DNA of 10,100 bases, from the IMG/VR virus record IMGVR_UViG_3300016480_000004; one strand, written 5' to 3'. Below, one piece after another: positions 7,113 to 10,100 of this stretch. This DNA is from a virus (lineage: Duplodnaviria > Heunggongvirae > Uroviricota > Caudoviricetes > Crassvirales). Both the position numbers and the translations under genes were made by a program. The notes beneath the pieces are model-generated. The model was not told the origin of the DNA. It was given only the letters and a program-made list of their open reading frames with translations, and made no database searches. Numbering within the stretch: position 1 is the stretch's first letter; every line of letters starts with the position of its first letter.

Positions 7113-7812
7113 GACTTGGATAGTATATAAACATGTTTCTCCTTCTAATAAATTTTATGTAGGCATTACTTCTAAAGCTAATCCAAATGATAGGTGGAAT
7201 AATGGAAAGAATTATGTGGCATGTAAACATTTCTACAATGCTATTATAAAATATGGTTGGGATAATTTTGAACATATAATTATAGCTTCAGGTCTTGCAG
7301 AGAAAGCTGCTAAGGACTTAGAGAAGAAATTAATTAAAGATTATAAGAAACTTGGTATCTCTTATAATATAACTAATGGTGGAGATGGTCATAGTGTAAA
7401 ACATCTTACAGAATCCCATAAGAAGAAACTTTCTATAGCCCATAAAGGAAAGAAACTGTCTAAGGAGCATAGGAGCAAGATTGGAAGAAAAGGCAAGGTA
7501 GTATCTCAAGCTACTAAAAATAAGATTAGTATAGCTAACAAAGGCAAAAAGAAACCTATTGAATTAGTAGAATCTTTAAGGAAACATAATATTGGTCTTA
7601 AAAGAACCGATGAACACAAAAAGGCTATAGGGAAGGCTCATAGTAAGGCTGTCTTGCAAATTAAACCTGATGGTAATATTACCGAATTTGCCTCAGCTAT
7701 GGAGGCTGAGAGAGTTACTGGAGTATTTCATAATAGTATTAACAAATGTTGCCACTTAGTAATTAAATCTGCTGGTGGTTTTAAATGGAAATTTAAAAAT
7801 GGTACAGAATAA
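7105..7812 (+). CDS. Free-standing GIY-YIG homing endonuclease 1 with NUMOD3-type repeats and a C-terminal NUMOD1/IENR1-like HTH, 235 aa
   Basis: GIY-YIG-like motifs VY...YVG, Arg (DRW), Glu (DLEKKLI), Asn (SYNITNGG). Repeats such as ESHKKKLSIAHKGKK and QATKNKISIANKGKK. C-terminal KAVLQ...EFASAMEA...CC...AGGFKWKF. Confidence 0.88.
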   Translation: MVKTWIVYKHVSPSNKFYVGITSKANPNDRWNNGKNYVACKHFYNAIIKYGWDNFEHIIIASGLAEKAAKDLEKKLIKDYKKLGISYNITNGGDGHSVKHLTESHKKKLSIAHKGKKLSKEHRSKIGRKGKVVSQATKNKISIANKGKKKPIELVESLRKHNIGLKRTDEHKKAIGKAHSKAVLQIKPDGNITEFASAMEAERVTGVFHNSINKCCHLVIKSAGGFKWKFKNGTE

Positions 7813-8540
7813 TAATTTTGTAAATATAAGAGTAGTGCTTGATAGGTTACTAAGACACCCACTACTTACTGACCTCAACCTTGAGACAGCTATTCAATAT
7901 ACACTGGACTTTATTGGTGCAATGGGGCTTCCTAATGTCTATGTTGATAAGATAGAAACTATAGATATTAAGGAGTATAGAGGTGAACTTCCATGTGATT
8001 TAGTCTCTATTAATCAGGTCAGGTTACATAAGAATGGAATAGCACTTAGGGCAATGACTGATAATTTCAATGCCTATCCTACTCATGACCATGAAGGAGG
8101 AAATTGGGGAGAGAGGGGAGAACCTTCTTTCAAGACACAAGGTAGAGTAATATTCACTTCAATAAGACATGAGAAGATAGATATTAGTTATAAAGCTATT
8201 ATGTTGGATGATGAGGGTCTTCCTTTAATTCCGGATAACTCTATCTTCCTTAAAGCACTAGAACTATACATTAAGAAAGAATGGTTCACTATCCTTTTTG
8301 ATATGGGTAAGATAAGTCCTGCTGTACTAAATAATACTCAACAGTCTTATGCTTTTGTTGCTGGGCAGTGCAACAATGAGTTCTTAATTCCATCAGTTAG
8401 TGAGATGGAGGCAATAACAAATTCTTGGAACCAGTTAATTCCAAGAACTAATGAATTTAGATATGGATTCAAAAATCTTGGAAATAAAGAATACATCAGA
8501 AGTCACTAAGTGGACTATTTATAGACATGTTTCTCCTTCT
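7131..8540 (+). repeat. Dispersed direct repeat shared by the two endonuclease genes (identical 16-mer ACATGTTTCTCCTTCT at 7131-7146 and 8525-8540)
   Basis: Exact 16-mer plus further near-identical tracts: TTTATGTAGGyATTACyTCTAAAG, AAATATGGwTGGGATAAT, TCTCTTATAATATwACT and AAATGGAAATwTAAA. Confidence 0.85.
7799..8509 (+). CDS. Tail ring protein 1 / tail tubular protein (gp43-like), 236 aa from ATG 7799
   Basis: LDRLLRHPLLTDLNLETAIQYTLDF, ELPCDLVSINQVR, LPLIPDN and IPSVSEMEAI motifs. ATG 7799 (MVQNNNF) is preferred over GTG 7775 and overlaps the HEG1 stop by 14 nt. Confidence 0.85.
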   Translation: MVQNNNFVNIRVVLDRLLRHPLLTDLNLETAIQYTLDFIGAMGLPNVYVDKIETIDIKEYRGELPCDLVSINQVRLHKNGIALRAMTDNFNAYPTHDHEGGNWGERGEPSFKTQGRVIFTSIRHEKIDISYKAIMLDDEGLPLIPDNSIFLKALELYIKKEWFTILFDMGKISPAVLNNTQQSYAFVAGQCNNEFLIPSVSEMEAITNSWNQLIPRTNEFRYGFKNLGNKEYIRSH

Positions 8541-9125
8541 GGTAAGATTTATGTAGGTATTACCTCTAAAGAGATTAACAGAAGGTGGAGATATGGTACG
8601 GGGTACTCTAATTGTATTCTATTTCAAAATGCTATAGATAAATATGGATGGGATAATATAAAACACCAAGTTCTGTTTACAAACCTTACAGAAGAAAGAG
8701 CTAAGAATTTAGAGAAAGATTTAATAAGACATTATAAGAACTTAGGAGTCTCTTATAATATTACTGATGGAGGTGATGGTCACTTAGGTTGTAGTTGGAC
8801 TCCTACTGTACATACAAGAATTATATGGTCAACTCAAAGGAAAGATAGAAAGCTCTCAGAAGAACATAAGAAGAAGATTTCTGATACTATGAAAGGAATA
8901 CCTATGAGTAAAGATGTGTATATTAAAGGGGTAACTATAGTAAAAACCCTTTTAGCTAAACCAGTTATCCAACTCAGTTTAAGTGGGGAATTTATAAGAG
9001 AGTTTCCTTCTATAAAAGAAGCTGCAAGAAGTCTTAATATAAAATCTGATAGAGACATTATTAGATGTTGTAAGGGAGAAAGAAAATCCAGAGCTGGTTA
9101 TAAATGGAAATATAAAGATGAATAA
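8451..9125 (+). CDS. Free-standing GIY-YIG homing endonuclease 2 with one clear NUMOD3-type unit and a NUMOD1/IENR1-like HTH; start at 8451 or 8463
   Basis: IY...YVG, Arg (RRW), Glu (NLEKDLI), Asn (SYNITDGG); SEEHKKKISDTMKG; C-terminal KPVIQ...EFPSIKEAARSL...CC...RAGYKWKY. Paralogous to HEG1. Confidence 0.86.
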   Translation: MNLDMDSKILEIKNTSEVTKWTIYRHVSPSGKIYVGITSKEINRRWRYGTGYSNCILFQNAIDKYGWDNIKHQVLFTNLTEERAKNLEKDLIRHYKNLGVSYNITDGGDGHLGCSWTPTVHTRIIWSTQRKDRKLSEEHKKKISDTMKGIPMSKDVYIKGVTIVKTLLAKPVIQLSLSGEFIREFPSIKEAARSLNIKSDRDIIRCCKGERKSRAGYKWKYKDE

Positions 9126-9127
9126 AT

Positions 9128-10100
9128 ATGGCACTAAAGAAAGAACAACACTGGGTAAAGGGAATGCAGAGAGATTTATCTGTATCAAAATTTAATCCTG
9201 AATTTTGTTATGATGCACAAAACATTAGAATAACTGCAAGGGAACATGATACTTTACTAAGTGTTTCCAATGAAAAGGGTAATAAGGAGATACCATTACA
9301 ATCTCCTTCTGGAGACCCTGTAGCTATTGATGGAGTATTACTTGGACAGAATGTGCTTAATAACTATGTAACCCTTTTTACAAAGGGTACAAATGATAAT
9401 ATATACAGACTTGAGAATAAGGGTACTTATTTTGAGACTCTACTTCTATTCTCAGGTAATCTGAATTTTAGTACAGACTATCCTATTGAGAATATTGGTG
9501 TGTATGAAAATGATAATATTCAGAAGGTATATTGGATTGATGGATTAAATCAGTCAAGGGTCATTAATATTGTGGCTACAGATGATGTAAAGGCTAAATG
9601 GGATGATAATTCATTTAACTTTGTGCAGGACTTAGGTCTTAAAGAAACTGTTACAGTTACAAGAAATGACCTTGCAAGTGGTTTATTTTCATCAGGGGTA
9701 ATTCAGTATGCTTTCACTTATTATAATAAGTATGGGCAGGAGAGTAATATATTTTATACCTCTCCCCTTGAATATATATCCTTTGCAAGTAGAGGAGCCT
9801 CTCCAGAAGAGAAAGTAAGTAATAGCTTTACTATTACCATTGAGAATGCAGATACAAGATTTGACTATATAAGAGTTTACTCTATTCATAGAGCAAGCAT
9901 AAATGCTACTCCTAATGTACTTAATGTAGTAGATATTCCTATTAATTCTGTTATAGGAGCTACAACTACTCTAACTTATATAGATAATGGTACTACTGGA
10001 ACCAGTATAGACCCTACTGAACTATTATATGTAGGGGGTGAGGATGTAGTCTTTGGAACTATAACACAAAAAGATAATACTTTATTTTTAGGAAATGCTA
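9128..10100 (+). CDS. Muzzle / tail stabilisation protein (gp44-like), 3'-truncated by the window edge
   Basis: Not in the ORF track because there is no stop in the window. Manual translation from ATG 9128 is open for 324 codons: MALKKEQHWVKGMQRDLSVSKFNPEFCYDAQNIRITAREHDTLLSVSNEKGN...QKVYWIDGLNQSRVINI...QYAFTYYNKYGQESN...KDNTLFLGNA. Confidence 0.87.
   Translation, partial: MALKKEQHWVKGMQRDLSVSKFNPEFCYDAQNIRITAREHDTLLSVSNEKGNKEIPLQSPSGDPVAIDGVLLGQNVLNNYVTLFTKGTNDNIYRLENKGTYFETLLLFSGNLNFSTDYPIENIGVYENDNIQKVYWIDGLNQSRVINIVATDDVKAKWDDNSFNFVQDLGLKETVTVTRNDLASGLFSSGVIQYAFTYYNKYGQESNIFYTSPLEYISFASRGASPEEKVSNSFTITIENADTRFDYIRVYSIHRASINATPNVLNVVDIPINSVIGATTTLTYIDNGTTGTSIDPTELLYVGGEDVVFGTITQKDNTLFLGNA

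Larger units (their letters stand above)
1..10100 (+). other. crAss-like phage (Crassvirales) head-tail structural gene module
   Basis: Dense, co-directional, AT-rich genes with tight overlaps. The order MCP, unknown, ring, ring, auxiliary capsid, hub, hub, ring, IHF-like, ring, muzzle matches the PhiCrAss001 gp32-gp44 block as I recall it. No Shine-Dalgarno motifs; A/T-rich leaders typical of Bacteroidota. Confidence 0.93.

Noticed and set aside
63-7798. Track start positions 63 (TTG), 5416 (GTG) and 7775 (GTG)
   Set aside because: MCP is open to the window edge. ATG 5425 and ATG 7799 give coupled junctions and family-like N-termini.
6570-7800. Slippery-looking TTTAAAA runs at about 6573 and 7792
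   Set aside because: They are not in the X XXY YYZ register of the translated frame, no downstream structure is seen, and such runs are common in AT-rich DNA.
7105-7812. HEG1 as part of a group I intron splitting ring 1 (a GTT|...G|AAT splice would give MVNNNF)
   Set aside because: The ORF fills the whole interval, leaving no room for a ribozyme core, and ring 1 has its own ATG and full length without splicing. The same applies to HEG2.
7101-8596. AGATATGG as a specific endonuclease insertion or recognition motif (7101, 8459)
   Set aside because: A third copy lies inside HEG2 (8589) and AGATATG also precedes ATG 2266, so it is probably a common start context or codon run. Kept only as supporting detail.
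155-9889. Short minus-strand ORFs in the track (155-406, 795-1070, 1170-1388, 1244-1579, 2397-2594, 3290-3484, 4345-4560, 5093-5293, 7045-7275, 8834-9058, 8979-9188, 9692-9889)
   Set aside because: They are 64-111 aa, lie antisense to well-supported genes, have the Phe/Ser/Leu/Ile bias of reverse-complement frames and show no recognisable motifs.
1-10100. Stop-codon reassignment (TAG to Gln or TGA to Trp), known in some crAss-like lineages
   Set aside because: All genes read at the expected lengths in code 11. Eleven end in TAA and one in TGA at a normal coupled junction. TAG is unused as a terminal stop, but no gene is interrupted by it.
1-10100. tRNA, rRNA, CRISPR array, IS element or diversity-generating retroelement
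   Set aside because: The largest intergenic gap is 102 bp. No cloverleaf, spaced repeat array, transposase or reverse transcriptase signature was seen.

Overview
Forward-strand virion-structure module of a crAss-like bacteriophage (Crassvirales, Bacteroidota host). The proteins and gene order closely resemble PhiCrAss001 as I recall it; its gp numbers are used as synteny labels and no database search was run. Order: 3' part of the major capsid gene, terminator, conserved 330-aa unknown, tail ring proteins 4/5 and 3, auxiliary capsid protein, terminator, tail hub A and B, Bacteroidota-type promoter, ring 2, HU/IHF-like protein, GIY-YIG homing endonuclease 1, ring 1, GIY-YIG homing endonuclease 2, and the 5' part of the muzzle gene (open to the window end, absent from the ORF track). 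The standard code reads all genes intact. Three signals stand out. (1) CpG is almost absent: I count 10 in 10.1 kb by eye, and all 10 sit in a CCG/CGG context; GATC, CCWGG and GGCC were also not found. (2) Two paralogous free-standing homing endonucleases flank the ring-1 gene and overlap the ends of neighbouring genes; the second has no start codon outside ring 1. (3) An operator-like inverted repeat covers the one clear intergenic host-type promoter.
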